From assembly GCA_910584295.1 (NCBI GenBank), contig CAJTYR010000005.1:24904-88903 (forward strand): a stretch of 64,000 nucleotides of DNA, written 5' to 3'. Below the pieces are notes generated by a model, which saw only the letters and a program-made list of their open reading frames with translations, had not been told where the DNA came from and did no database searches. Position 1 is the stretch's first letter, and the number at the start of each line of letters is the position of its first letter. Shown piece after piece: positions 26,244 to 35,781 of the stretch. The position numbers and the translations under genes are program-made. This DNA is from an uncultured Christensenella sp. Lineage in GTDB: Bacteria; Bacillota; Clostridia; Christensenellales; UBA1242.

Positions 26244-27647
26244 ATGGATTGGATGACTAACTGGATTTTTGAACTTTTTTACAGTTTGCAAAAATCAATT
26301 TGTTATGTCATTGATTTCATACGAGAGATTTTCTATACACTTGCAGGATTAAAGCCTGTCACAATAGACGGAGAACAAACTGATTTACTATCCCACTTTA
26401 TTCTTTCTGATACTGTCAAAACAACTTTCTTTTATATCTTCTTAATTGCTGTCATATTGCTTGTTGTGTTTGTGCTTATTGCAATCATACGAAGTGAATA
26501 CGCCAATGGAGAAAACAAAAAATCAAAAGCAATGATTTTGGGCAAAGCTTTTCAAAGTTTTGCAATCTTTCTTATGGTGCCTTTCATTTTGATTGCAGGC
26601 ATAACCCTTACAAATGTTGTTATGGGCGCGATCAACCAAAGCATGAATCCTTTTGTTTTGGAAACTGGTGGCACAGCAAGCATTGGCGGACAAATTCTTG
26701 TCACAAGCGGACAGCATGCGTATATCGGAGACGAAAGCATAAGAAGTGAAATTGAAAGAATGTTTTTGACTGGTGAACTTAATTACTTTGATATGGGTGT
26801 TGTCAGTCAGTATTACAATTTGAGAAACTTGGATTTCCTTATTGGAATCTTTGGCTCTATTGTGATTATGGTGATGTTTGTAATGAGTGCAGTCACTTTC
26901 ATACAAAGAATATTTGACATTGTTCTTTTGTATATCATCTCGCCTGTGAGTGTAAGCACAATCCCTGTTGATGACGGAGCAAGATTTAAAATCTGGCGTG
27001 ACATGACAATATCAAAAGTTTTGGGTGCTTATGGAATTATTTTGTCAATGAACTTGTTTTTCATTATCATTCCACAAGTCTCATCAATCGTGTTCTTTGA
27101 CAACGCCTTTAAGAATGGAATTGTAAAAATCCTGTTCCTTATTGGCGGAGCATTTGCAGTCACAAAAGCAAATCTTGTCATCGCCCAACTCACTGGAAAT
27201 CAGGCAGGACAAAATGAAACTCAGCAACTTTTTAGAAATATGCAAACTGGCGGACATATTGTGAAAGCAACTTTGGGTGCTGGTGCTGCTGCCACAGGTG
27301 CGATTTTAGGTGGAAAGAAATTCACTGACACAAGAAAAACAACACACTCATCTATGGCAGGACTTAAAAAATCATTTACAGACAACCCAAGCAAACAATA
27401 TATCAATAAAGCCGCAGAGCCAAGTAAACTTGCCAAATATGGCGGAATGGGCACAAGAATTGCAACCATGCCTATTGGTATGATGAAAGACTTGGCAACC
27501 GGTGGACTTGTTGGTGTTGGCAAAAACTTTATTCCAAGAGTTAGAAACATTGCACATGGTGACAGTTTTGTCAATCATGCACAAAGTAAATCAGTTTTAA
27601 ATAAGGAGCCAGATAATGCGAATAATACCGCGAAACACGAAGGTTAA
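26244..27647 (+). CDS. Polytopic membrane protein (VirB6/TcpH-like by position and topology)
   Basis: 467 aa with at least 6 hydrophobic helices and a Gly/Ala-rich hydrophilic tail. Lies between the pilin-like and VirB4-like genes. Confidence 0.45.
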   Translation: MDWMTNWIFELFYSLQKSICYVIDFIREIFYTLAGLKPVTIDGEQTDLLSHFILSDTVKTTFFYIFLIAVILLVVFVLIAIIRSEYANGENKKSKAMILGKAFQSFAIFLMVPFILIAGITLTNVVMGAINQSMNPFVLETGGTASIGGQILVTSGQHAYIGDESIRSEIERMFLTGELNYFDMGVVSQYYNLRNLDFLIGIFGSIVIMVMFVMSAVTFIQRIFDIVLLYIISPVSVSTIPVDDGARFKIWRDMTISKVLGAYGIILSMNLFFIIIPQVSSIVFFDNAFKNGIVKILFLIGGAFAVTKANLVIAQLTGNQAGQNETQQLFRNMQTGGHIVKATLGAGAAATGAILGGKKFTDTRKTTHSSMAGLKKSFTDNPSKQYINKAAEPSKLAKYGGMGTRIATMPIGMMKDLATGGLVGVGKNFIPRVRNIAHGDSFVNHAQSKSVLNKEPDNANNTAKHEG

Positions 27648-30237
27648 AATGCAGTTTTATAAAGGCATTGGGATTTATGACATCATTCTTGGTGTCATTG
27701 CCCTTGCCTTTATAGCTTTGGCTGCTACAAGCAACCTACCAAACAAATATTTTCTTGCAATAGGGATTTTGGTGATCGTGGCGCCAATGTATATTCCTAT
27801 TGGAGATATAAAACTTTATCAAGCACTTGGCTACGCTTTTAAGTTTACAATCGCACAAAAATCATTTAGCATACACAAAAAAGGAAACTCGCACATCAGT
27901 GCTGTTGTTCCATATTCAAGCATAAAAGATGATTTGATTTTTCAAAAAGACAACAGTTTGACTGGTGTGATTGAAGTGAAGCCTATTGAGTTTAACATGC
28001 TTAGCATGAATAAACAAAACTATCTTATTGACGGAGTTATTTCAAACACTTTAAAGAATGTCGGCATTATGCAAGAATACAATTTGATTAAACTTGAAAA
28101 GCCAATCATTTTTGACGGATATTTGAAAAATGAACTTACGCGTGTGCAAAAATTGATTGCAGAAAATGAAAACAACAATCTTAAAGAAGAAGAATTTAGA
28201 AAACGCGTTGAAATCATTGAAGATAGAATAAATGTGATTGACAGCATAAATTCTGATGAGAAAATCTTTGCAAGTGCTTACTATATTGCAATCCACGACA
28301 TTGATAAGAAAAGTTTAAACAACTCACTTGAAATCATTGAACAAACGCTGAAGAACAATAACCTTGAAGCAAAAAGACTTAACAGCAAAGAACTTGCAAT
28401 CTTTTTGAAATATTCTTATGACAAAGATTTTGATGAGCGAACTTTTGATAACTTTTCAGAGAAAGACTATATCAAAAATATATATCCTGAAAATGTGCAG
28501 TTTAAAGCGCTTTCCACAAAACAGAATGACAAGACTCTAACCCACTTTGTCATCACTGACTATCCGCTTAAAGTTGAAAATGCTTGGGGTGAAGATTTGT
28601 TTGATATTCCAAACACGAAAGTTGTTTTGAAAGCAAAACCTGTTGAGAAGTATAAAGCAATCAAAAGAATTGACAATGCAATCAACGAACTTATGTCACA
28701 AAGAACGCTTGGAAAGGCAAGCTCACAGATCGACAAGCAAACTCATCTCGAAAGCCTACAAATCCTTTTGGAAGGCTTGCAGAACGACAATGAAGTGTTT
28801 TTCGACACAACACTCATTATAACCGCCTATGATGACGGTAAAGACACAACAAACAAGAAATATGTGCGAAGAAAACTGCGAGAGTTAGGCTTCAAATACA
28901 GCGAGATGTTTGGCAGACAAATTGAAAGTTATTTTTCAAGCAACATCAACACTTACAACAAAACCAAGATTTCACGCGGACTGAACTCATCTGTCATTGC
29001 TTCTTCTTTTCCATTTGTAAGCAATGCAATCTTAGACGAAAATGGACTCTTAATCGGCGAGAATAAATTGCCAACCTTTGTTGACTTTTTCAGACGAGAT
29101 GACGAAAGAGTAAACTCAAACACAGTCATCATTGGCAAGTCCGGAAGTGGAAAATCTTACGCAACAAAAATGCTACTTGCTAATCTTGCAAGTGACAATG
29201 CAAAAGTTTTTATCTTGGATCCAGAAAACGAATATTGCAATCTTGCAAACAATCTTAAAGGAAGAGTTTTGGATGTTTCTTCTTCTCGAAATGGAAGAAT
29301 AAACCCATTTCATATCATTGTCAGTCTTGATGATGAAAATCAAGACGGAAGCAGCAACTCTTTCTATTCACATTTGCAATTTTTGGAAGAGTTTTTCAGA
29401 CTTATCTTGCAGGGAATAAATCCAGACAGTTTGGAACTTTTAAACAAAATCATTGTGGAAATTTACAACAAGAAAGGAATCACTGCAAAAACTGACTTAA
29501 ACACATTGAAGGCAAAAGATTATCCAATCTTTCAAGACTTGGCAGAAGAAATTGACAGAAGGATTGAAAATGAAAAAGACGAATACAACTTGTCTTGCTA
29601 CAAAGTGCTTTCAAACTATATAAGCAAGTTTAGACGCGGTGGCAGAAACTCTGCACTTTGGAATGGATTTACAACTTTCAATCCAACTGAAAACTTTGTT
29701 TGTTTCAACTTTCAAAAGTTGTTGGCAAACAAAAACAATGTCATTGGAAACGCACAAATGCTGCTTGTTTTGAAATGGCTTGACAATGAAGTTATCAAAA
29801 ACAGGGACTATAACCTACTCAATGGAACTGACCGAAAAATTGTTATTGCAATTGACGAAGCCCATGTCTTTATTGACGAGAAATTTCCTATCGCGCTTGA
29901 CTTTATGTATCAACTTGCAAAGCGAATAAGAAAATACAACGGAATGCAAATTGTCATCACTCAAAATGTTAAAGACTTTGTTGGCAGTCCAGAGATTGCA
30001 CGAAAATCATCCGCAATCATCAATGTCAGCCAATATTCCTTTATCTTTTCACTTTCGCCAAACGATATGTCGGACCTTTGCACTTTATATGAGAAAGCAG
30101 GACAAATCAACGAGAATGAAACAGACAACATTGTCAATTTGCCAAGAGGAAGTGCCTTTTTAATTACAGGCCCAGCAAATAGAACAAATATAAGAATCGT
30201 GGCAACCCCACAAGTAAAACAAATTTTTGAAAATTAG
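27616..30237 (+). CDS. VirB4/TcpF-like type IV secretion ATPase
   Basis: 873 aa with an N-terminal TM hairpin, Walker A IIGKSGSGKSYATK and Walker B VIAIDEAHVF. RBS AAGGAG. Confidence 0.85.
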   Translation: MRIIPRNTKVKMQFYKGIGIYDIILGVIALAFIALAATSNLPNKYFLAIGILVIVAPMYIPIGDIKLYQALGYAFKFTIAQKSFSIHKKGNSHISAVVPYSSIKDDLIFQKDNSLTGVIEVKPIEFNMLSMNKQNYLIDGVISNTLKNVGIMQEYNLIKLEKPIIFDGYLKNELTRVQKLIAENENNNLKEEEFRKRVEIIEDRINVIDSINSDEKIFASAYYIAIHDIDKKSLNNSLEIIEQTLKNNNLEAKRLNSKELAIFLKYSYDKDFDERTFDNFSEKDYIKNIYPENVQFKALSTKQNDKTLTHFVITDYPLKVENAWGEDLFDIPNTKVVLKAKPVEKYKAIKRIDNAINELMSQRTLGKASSQIDKQTHLESLQILLEGLQNDNEVFFDTTLIITAYDDGKDTTNKKYVRRKLRELGFKYSEMFGRQIESYFSSNINTYNKTKISRGLNSSVIASSFPFVSNAILDENGLLIGENKLPTFVDFFRRDDERVNSNTVIIGKSGSGKSYATKMLLANLASDNAKVFILDPENEYCNLANNLKGRVLDVSSSRNGRINPFHIIVSLDDENQDGSSNSFYSHLQFLEEFFRLILQGINPDSLELLNKIIVEIYNKKGITAKTDLNTLKAKDYPIFQDLAEEIDRRIENEKDEYNLSCYKVLSNYISKFRRGGRNSALWNGFTTFNPTENFVCFNFQKLLANKNNVIGNAQMLLVLKWLDNEVIKNRDYNLLNGTDRKIVIAIDEAHVFIDEKFPIALDFMYQLAKRIRKYNGMQIVITQNVKDFVGSPEIARKSSAIINVSQYSFIFSLSPNDMSDLCTLYEKAGQINENETDNIVNLPRGSAFLITGPANRTNIRIVATPQVKQIFEN

Positions 30238-30248
30238 GAGTTATCTAA

Positions 30249-31187
30249 ATGGAAGATAAAAAATTTATGACACTTGAAGATCTCACAGCACTCTCACAAG
30301 AGAAATATATGGAAATCTTAAAGCAAAATCAAATCAAAAACCTGCTTAGAGCCATTGGCTTGTTTCCAGATCAAACAATCACAAATGACGTTCTTATTCT
30401 TTCTCAAAAGCCAGACGCAATTTGCGTTAAGCGCATGAAAGAATGGAATTTCTACAAAAGAGTGGTTAAGAAAGCGGAAAAAGCAATCAAAGTTATTTCT
30501 CATCATATTGAAAACTTTAATAAGGACTTTGTGGATGAAAAAGGCAATGAATATACACAAGAAATGCCGAAACTTATTTGTGATGTTGGCTTTGTGTTTG
30601 ACATCTCTCAAACAAAAGGCAAAGAGTATGAATATCTCAACTCAAACAAAGAAAGCATTGCCGCCCACTTTGAAACCGTAAAGAAAGCACTTGAAAGCAC
30701 TGCAAAAGAATTTACTTTTGAATATCGCAATCAAGAAAGTGCAAGCGAAATTGACTGGGAAAACAAAGTTGTCTATGTCAAAGACGGACTTTCTGTTGGT
30801 GAAGTCATCAATGAACTCATTGAAGATGTCGCCGCTGTGCTTTTGACAACAAGACACGAAGAAGGCTTGGAAAATGTTGATGAGTTTGAAAGAAATGCTG
30901 TCATCTATGCAGTAAACTCAAAACTTGGACTTGACTTGCCGGAATTTGATTTTTCAGTTGAACACTTGAACGATGAAGGGTTGAACAAACTTAAAGGCAA
31001 TCTTCAAAAAGTGCGTTCTGTCACAAAACAAATGCTTTCAAATGTTGAAAGTTCAATTGAAAGAGCCATTCGCAATCTTGATAAAAAAGTGCAAGAGCAA
31101 GAAGAAAACTTGGAACAGACAAAAGAAGAAAAACCAAAAAAGTCGAAAGCAAAAACAAAATCCAAAGAAGCTGAAAGAGAGGTGTAA
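30249..31187 (+). CDS. Hypothetical protein; N-terminus weakly ArdC-N (ssDNA-binding antirestriction) like
   Basis: NDVLILSQKPDAICVKRMKEWNFYKRVVKKAEKAIKVI loosely follows the ArdC-N pattern N.L.L...W.TF.Q....V+KGEK...V. The C-terminal tail is acidic/lysine-rich. Weak call. Confidence 0.35.
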   Translation: MEDKKFMTLEDLTALSQEKYMEILKQNQIKNLLRAIGLFPDQTITNDVLILSQKPDAICVKRMKEWNFYKRVVKKAEKAIKVISHHIENFNKDFVDEKGNEYTQEMPKLICDVGFVFDISQTKGKEYEYLNSNKESIAAHFETVKKALESTAKEFTFEYRNQESASEIDWENKVVYVKDGLSVGEVINELIEDVAAVLLTTRHEEGLENVDEFERNAVIYAVNSKLGLDLPEFDFSVEHLNDEGLNKLKGNLQKVRSVTKQMLSNVESSIERAIRNLDKKVQEQEENLEQTKEEKPKKSKAKTKSKEAEREV

Positions 31188-31190
31188 GGT

Positions 31191-31457
31191 ATGCTGAACA
31201 TTGGTGGAGAACTTGCATTTGTTTTGCAAGACATTGACTACAATTCAAAAAAAGAACTTTTGGATAAACTTCGCTATATCCGCGAAGAACTTAGAGAATA
31301 TCCAAAAGAAGAACAAGCAAAACTACGTCCTATTTTGGCTGTTTCAATTCAACAAGCTTTTTATGCAAGTGAATGGGAACTTTTGAGATATAAAATTTTC
31401 TGCAAATACAGGAGTGAACATGGATACGATAAGACTGTTGGTGAAAGAGCCAAATAA
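31191..31457 (+). CDS. Hypothetical protein (88 aa)
   Basis: ORF with GAGAGG RBS, packed tightly between its neighbours. Confidence 0.5.
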   Translation: MLNIGGELAFVLQDIDYNSKKELLDKLRYIREELREYPKEEQAKLRPILAVSIQQAFYASEWELLRYKIFCKYRSEHGYDKTVGERAK

Positions 31458-31839
31458 AGAGCCTTATATTAAGGAAGTTGAACACACACTTGAAAATCTA
31501 CAAAAGATTGTTGGTGGATATATTGAATGTGTTGAAATGCCTATTGGGAAAAACATTGACCTTTTTGTCAATGAAGAAGGCAAACTTGAAGGCCAAGACG
31601 GAAATTTTTGGCTGCCCGAATATGAGGATTGTGTTGTTGGCACCTGCTACATGGTAGGCTACGATCCAGAAAATGGTGAAAGCATAAGCATAACAGATAA
31701 GCAAATTGCTGACTGCAAAAAATATATCGACTTTTTCAAGATTCCAGAAGGAATGAATTTGTATAGAGATTTTCCTATTCTCGAAAACTTTATGAAAACA
31801 CAAGCACAAAAGTTTAAAAAACAAGAATGTGTGATGTAA
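31420..31839 (+). CDS. DUF3846-like protein
   Basis: MDTIRLLVKEPNKEPYIKEVEHTLENLQKIVGGYIECVEM...DLFVNEEGKLEG fits the DUF3846 pattern (L..LQ..VGG.IE......l..NEEGKL) common in ICEs and phages. Start moved to ATG 31420 (CAGGAG RBS). Confidence 0.6.
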   Translation: MDTIRLLVKEPNKEPYIKEVEHTLENLQKIVGGYIECVEMPIGKNIDLFVNEEGKLEGQDGNFWLPEYEDCVVGTCYMVGYDPENGESISITDKQIADCKKYIDFFKIPEGMNLYRDFPILENFMKTQAQKFKKQECVM

Positions 31840-31850
31840 GGAGAATCAAT

Positions 31851-32432
31851 ATGTGGACAATTAAACGCAAAGGTTATACTTTGGAAATCACACAAGCTGA
31901 AATGGCTGATCCAAGAAAATATAATGATATGCTTTTAGGAAAAATGATTTGCTTTCACAGAAGATATAAACTTGGTGACGATCACGATTTTGATGAGCCT
32001 TATCAATTGCAGCAATACTTTGAAAACAACAAACACGATATTTATTGTGTCTTGCCACTTTATCTTTACGATCACTCTGGAATAACAATGTCCACTTCCC
32101 CATTCAACGATCCATGGGACAGTGGACAAGTTGGATATATCTATTGCACAAAGAAAGATGTTGAAGAAAGTGGACTTAATCCAGAGACTGATTATAACGA
32201 AGTTGAAGAAATGCTTAAAGAAGAAGTCAAAGAATATGATAAATGGCTAACTGGCGATCCGCCTTACTTTGAATATATAATCACAGACGAAAACGACAAC
32301 ATTGTTGAAAACAGAAGTTTTTTCGCTCTTAATGATTTTAAAGAAATGTTAGACGAAATGAAAAACCAAACAGATGAAAAGTTTGGCTTTCTTTTTGACA
32401 GACTTTTAAAGCAACAAGAAATGACTATGTAA
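31851..32432 (+). CDS. Hypothetical protein
   Basis: ATG 31851 after AAGGAG (MWTIKRKGYTLE...). 193 aa with no recognised motif. Confidence 0.55.
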   Translation: MWTIKRKGYTLEITQAEMADPRKYNDMLLGKMICFHRRYKLGDDHDFDEPYQLQQYFENNKHDIYCVLPLYLYDHSGITMSTSPFNDPWDSGQVGYIYCTKKDVEESGLNPETDYNEVEEMLKEEVKEYDKWLTGDPPYFEYIITDENDNIVENRSFFALNDFKEMLDEMKNQTDEKFGFLFDRLLKQQEMTM

Positions 32433-32444
32433 AGGAGACCTTTA

Positions 32445-33584
32445 ATGGAAGAAAATAAAACAAGCAAAACAAAAAGCCTGTCGATTACAATAATTTTACT
32501 CGCAATTGTGGTGGGCTTTGGTTTTTTGGTTGGATTGGCACAAATAACTGGTGGCAGTGGCTCAACGCTACCGCCAGATTCAAATCCAGAAATATCAAAC
32601 TATTACTTTGATGACGAAGGCAGATTTTTAGGATATTTTAGCGACGACAGCAATTGGAATATTGATGTTAATATTCCAAAAACCTATTCCCTTACAGAAA
32701 CAAAAGTAGATATGCAAAAAGAGTCAACATCTATCAGCGAACTTGTTGAAATGGCAACCCGATTGAAGTTAGACACTTTTACGATAACAGATATTTCATA
32801 TTATGAACAAAATGGAAGTTATCAGTATTATCGAACAAAATATAAAATGGACTTTAAATTTAGAAAAACATACACAGGAAATCAATATACAACAACAATC
32901 ATTGGAAAAGATATATTTAGAAACACTGTGCGTTATCGTTCTTTTACAATCCCAGACACAGTGAAAACTGTTGAATATGGTGCATTTTGTGGAGCGCATG
33001 GGCATACAGAAATGATATTCCCAGAAGGTGTTGAAACTCTTGAAGGTGCAGTTTGCTTTTCCGATTCGAGTTTAAAAACAGTCTCTTTGCCAAGCACTTT
33101 AAAATATATTGGAGCGCAGGCTTTTGAACAATGCAATCAAATTGAGGAAATTGTTTTGCCAGACAGTGTTGAAACAATCTCTGGAAACTCATTTTCACAA
33201 ATGAACAAACTAAAAACAATAACTCTTTCAAAAAGTCTTTCTTTTATTGCGGGATACTCAATATCATACAATCCAAATCTTACAACAATCAATTTTAAAG
33301 AAGGCAATTACACGATTGGCGAAAGAGCATTTCAAAATTGTTCTGCGCTGACAGAAGTCAACTTGCCAACCACACTCACAACAATCAACGCAAGAGCCTT
33401 TGAGGGCTGTTCCAGCTTGTCACGCGTGATATTAAATGCAAATTCTGTTGTTGAAATTAAAAGCAACTCTTTTCCTGCAAATGTTGAAAAGTTTTATGTG
33501 AGAGATGAGCTTTACAATCAATATCTTGAAAGTGCCGCTTGGACTGGACTTACAGACAAAATAGCAAAAATTTCTGAATTATAA
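32445..33584 (+). CDS. Membrane-anchored BspA-type LRR (LRR_5-like) surface protein, paralogue of 1938..3134
   Basis: N-terminal TM helix (LSITIILLAIVVGFGFLVGLA) and repeats such as FTIPDTVKTVEYGAFCG..., VSLPSTLKYIGAQAFEQCNQIEEIVLPDSVETISGNSF and VNLPTTLTTINARAFEGCSSLSRVIL. Its C-terminal ...ISEL matches the ending of the other LRR protein. Confidence 0.75.
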   Translation: MEENKTSKTKSLSITIILLAIVVGFGFLVGLAQITGGSGSTLPPDSNPEISNYYFDDEGRFLGYFSDDSNWNIDVNIPKTYSLTETKVDMQKESTSISELVEMATRLKLDTFTITDISYYEQNGSYQYYRTKYKMDFKFRKTYTGNQYTTTIIGKDIFRNTVRYRSFTIPDTVKTVEYGAFCGAHGHTEMIFPEGVETLEGAVCFSDSSLKTVSLPSTLKYIGAQAFEQCNQIEEIVLPDSVETISGNSFSQMNKLKTITLSKSLSFIAGYSISYNPNLTTINFKEGNYTIGERAFQNCSALTEVNLPTTLTTINARAFEGCSSLSRVILNANSVVEIKSNSFPANVEKFYVRDELYNQYLESAAWTGLTDKIAKISEL

Positions 33585-33596
33585 TAAGGAGCGAAT

Positions 33597-34115
33597 ATGT
33601 CAACAAGAAGTTTAATTTGTGAAGAACTTGATAATGGAAAATACAAAACAATCTATTGTCATTCTGATGGTTATCTGACTTATAATGGCGCAATGCTTAT
33701 TGACCATTTTAATGACAGAAAGAAGCTTGAAGAACTTTTGGCACTTGGAGATATTTCTCAATTAAAACCCAATTTATATCCCGATCCACGCTATCCCCAC
33801 TCTTTTGACGAAAGTCAAGATGAAGTTGTTGTTGCCTATGGCAGAGATCGTGGAGAGAGTGATATTGAAGCAAGAGAACTCATGTTTGAAGATCTTGTCG
33901 ATAAATCCAATTGGACCGAATATGTCTATATCTTTGACAAAAATAACACATGGCAAGTGCTTGAATATCCTTATGAAAAAATGATAACTGTTGAAGAAGG
34001 CGTTGAAAAAGAATATAAAAAAATGGGTATTAAACGTCCGCCAAATTGTTATGGATTTTTGACAAGTGAAGAACTTAGACGAATTAAGAAGAAACAAGCA
34101 GAAGAAGCAATGTGA
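33597..34115 (+). CDS. Hypothetical protein
   Basis: 172 aa, RBS AAGGAG. No recognised motif (YCHSDGYLTYNGAMLIDHF). Confidence 0.55.
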   Translation: MSTRSLICEELDNGKYKTIYCHSDGYLTYNGAMLIDHFNDRKKLEELLALGDISQLKPNLYPDPRYPHSFDESQDEVVVAYGRDRGESDIEARELMFEDLVDKSNWTEYVYIFDKNNTWQVLEYPYEKMITVEEGVEKEYKKMGIKRPPNCYGFLTSEELRRIKKKQAEEAM

Positions 34116-34122
34116 GGTTTGT

Positions 34123-34473
34123 ATGAATGAAAAATATTTAATTAAAGGCAAACTTTATGATCCTATCCTATTTGGAGACGAGGATTCCGACTGGGTTGGA
34201 GACGGTGAAGATCCAACTTGTGGAGACTGCGGTTGCCATGTTGGAGAACAACATTTGGATTGTTGTGATATTGAGCGCTGCCCAAAATGTGGCGGACAAA
34301 TGTTGTCTTGCGATTGCGGAGCAATATATGTTATCACAGAAGAAAATATCCAATATGTGCCATATTTTTTAGATGAACAAAAATTCATCAATGGAAAACT
34401 TGAAAGAGACAAAAAAGAAATACTTGAAGCTTATGAAAAGAAAAAACAAAAAGATAACAAAGCGGAGATGTGA
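34123..34473 (+). CDS. Cys-rich (zinc-finger-like) small protein
   Basis: CGDCGCHVGEQHLDCCDIERCPKCGGQMLSCDC. Start moved to ATG 34123 after GAGG. Confidence 0.5.
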   Translation: MNEKYLIKGKLYDPILFGDEDSDWVGDGEDPTCGDCGCHVGEQHLDCCDIERCPKCGGQMLSCDCGAIYVITEENIQYVPYFLDEQKFINGKLERDKKEILEAYEKKKQKDNKAEM

Positions 34474-34474
34474 A

Positions 34475-34804
34475 ATGACTAACGACGAATTTTATAAATT
34501 AAGTTCATTGGTTGTAAGAGAAATCTATAACTTTGAAAGTGAAATGCTTGATAAAGATAGTGAATACCTTTATGAAAATGCAAGAGAAATTTATGCAACA
34601 AAGTTTATCGGAGACTATCTTATTGACTATGACTTTATGAAAGATAAAGATTACAAACTTTTTCCTAAAACAAATGTTTTGAACTTTATAAAAACTTATT
34701 ATTTGTTTCATCATGACGAAATCAAAGAAAGTGACCTTAATGACATGCTTTTGTTGGATAACGATTTGAAAAAGGCTGTCAAACAAAACAACCCGGAGAT
34801 GTGA
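34475..34804 (+). CDS. Hypothetical protein (109 aa)
   Basis: ATG 34475 lies 1 nt after the upstream TGA, with GGAG inside the upstream gene's last codons. Confidence 0.5.
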   Translation: MTNDEFYKLSSLVVREIYNFESEMLDKDSEYLYENAREIYATKFIGDYLIDYDFMKDKDYKLFPKTNVLNFIKTYYLFHHDEIKESDLNDMLLLDNDLKKAVKQNNPEM

Positions 34805-34806
34805 GA

Positions 34807-35766
34807 ATGGAACAATATGAAATTGAAAATATCAAATCGAACTTGCAATCTTATCTCGAAACAAAAGGATATAGGACTGACAGATTTTTCACTTGCATAA
34901 ACCCGGAGCATGCTGACAACCACCCATCAATGAAATATTATAACGACAATCATGTCCATTGTTTTGGCTGTGGTGTCACTTATGATTTGATTGGTGCAAT
35001 TTCCGCAATTGAAGGTTTGGATAATAAAGAAGCCTTTAAAAAAGCAATTGAATATTATGGGAAAAGAACTTTGACACCAGAAACGTTTATTAGGCAAAAA
35101 ACTGCAAAAATTGAAGAAAAAAATGCAAAAAACTATGAAAAAGCATATAAATATTGGCAAAATGCTTTAAAAGAGAATTTTGAAGCACAAAAATATTTGC
35201 TTTCTCGCGGGATTGATTTGGCTACTGCAAATCGCTTTGGCTTAGGCTTTAATTGCTTTTATTCCAAAAAGACAAATACACATCTCAATGCAATAACAAT
35301 CCCAATAACAAACAATTGCTATACCGCTCGCAACATTTATCCAGATGAAGAAATAAGATATTTAAAATCAAAAGAAAGTGATGTTGAAATTTTCAATAAG
35401 CAAGCAATGACAAACAAAAAACCATTATGTGTGATATGCGAAGGCGAATTTGATTGTCTAAGTTTTGAAACATTGAATATCAATTGTGTTGGACTTGGAA
35501 GCGCAAACAATGTCAACTTGTTTATTGAGAGTGAAAAAGATAAAGACAAAACATATATCATTGCTCTTGATAATGACGACGCAGGACAGAAATGGTCGCA
35601 AAAATTAAAAGAATATTTTAAAGAAAACAAAATCAAGTTTGCAGAGTTTGATTGTTGTGGATACAAAGATCCAAACGAAGCATTGGTTAAAGATAGAAAT
35701 GCTTTTTCACAAAGCATTTTTTCTTTAATCAAAAAACTTGAAAAACAAAACAATGCAGAAATGTAA
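34807..35766 (+). CDS. DnaG-type DNA primase (CHC2 zinc finger plus Toprim)
   Basis: CINPEHADNHPSMKYYNDNHVHCFGCG (CHC2 finger), VICEGEFDCLSF (Toprim E) and ALDNDDAGQK (DxD). Confidence 0.85.
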   Translation: MEQYEIENIKSNLQSYLETKGYRTDRFFTCINPEHADNHPSMKYYNDNHVHCFGCGVTYDLIGAISAIEGLDNKEAFKKAIEYYGKRTLTPETFIRQKTAKIEEKNAKNYEKAYKYWQNALKENFEAQKYLLSRGIDLATANRFGLGFNCFYSKKTNTHLNAITIPITNNCYTARNIYPDEEIRYLKSKESDVEIFNKQAMTNKKPLCVICEGEFDCLSFETLNINCVGLGSANNVNLFIESEKDKDKTYIIALDNDDAGQKWSQKLKEYFKENKIKFAEFDCCGYKDPNEALVKDRNAFSQSIFSLIKKLEKQNNAEM

Positions 35767-35781
35767 AAATGAGGAATTACT

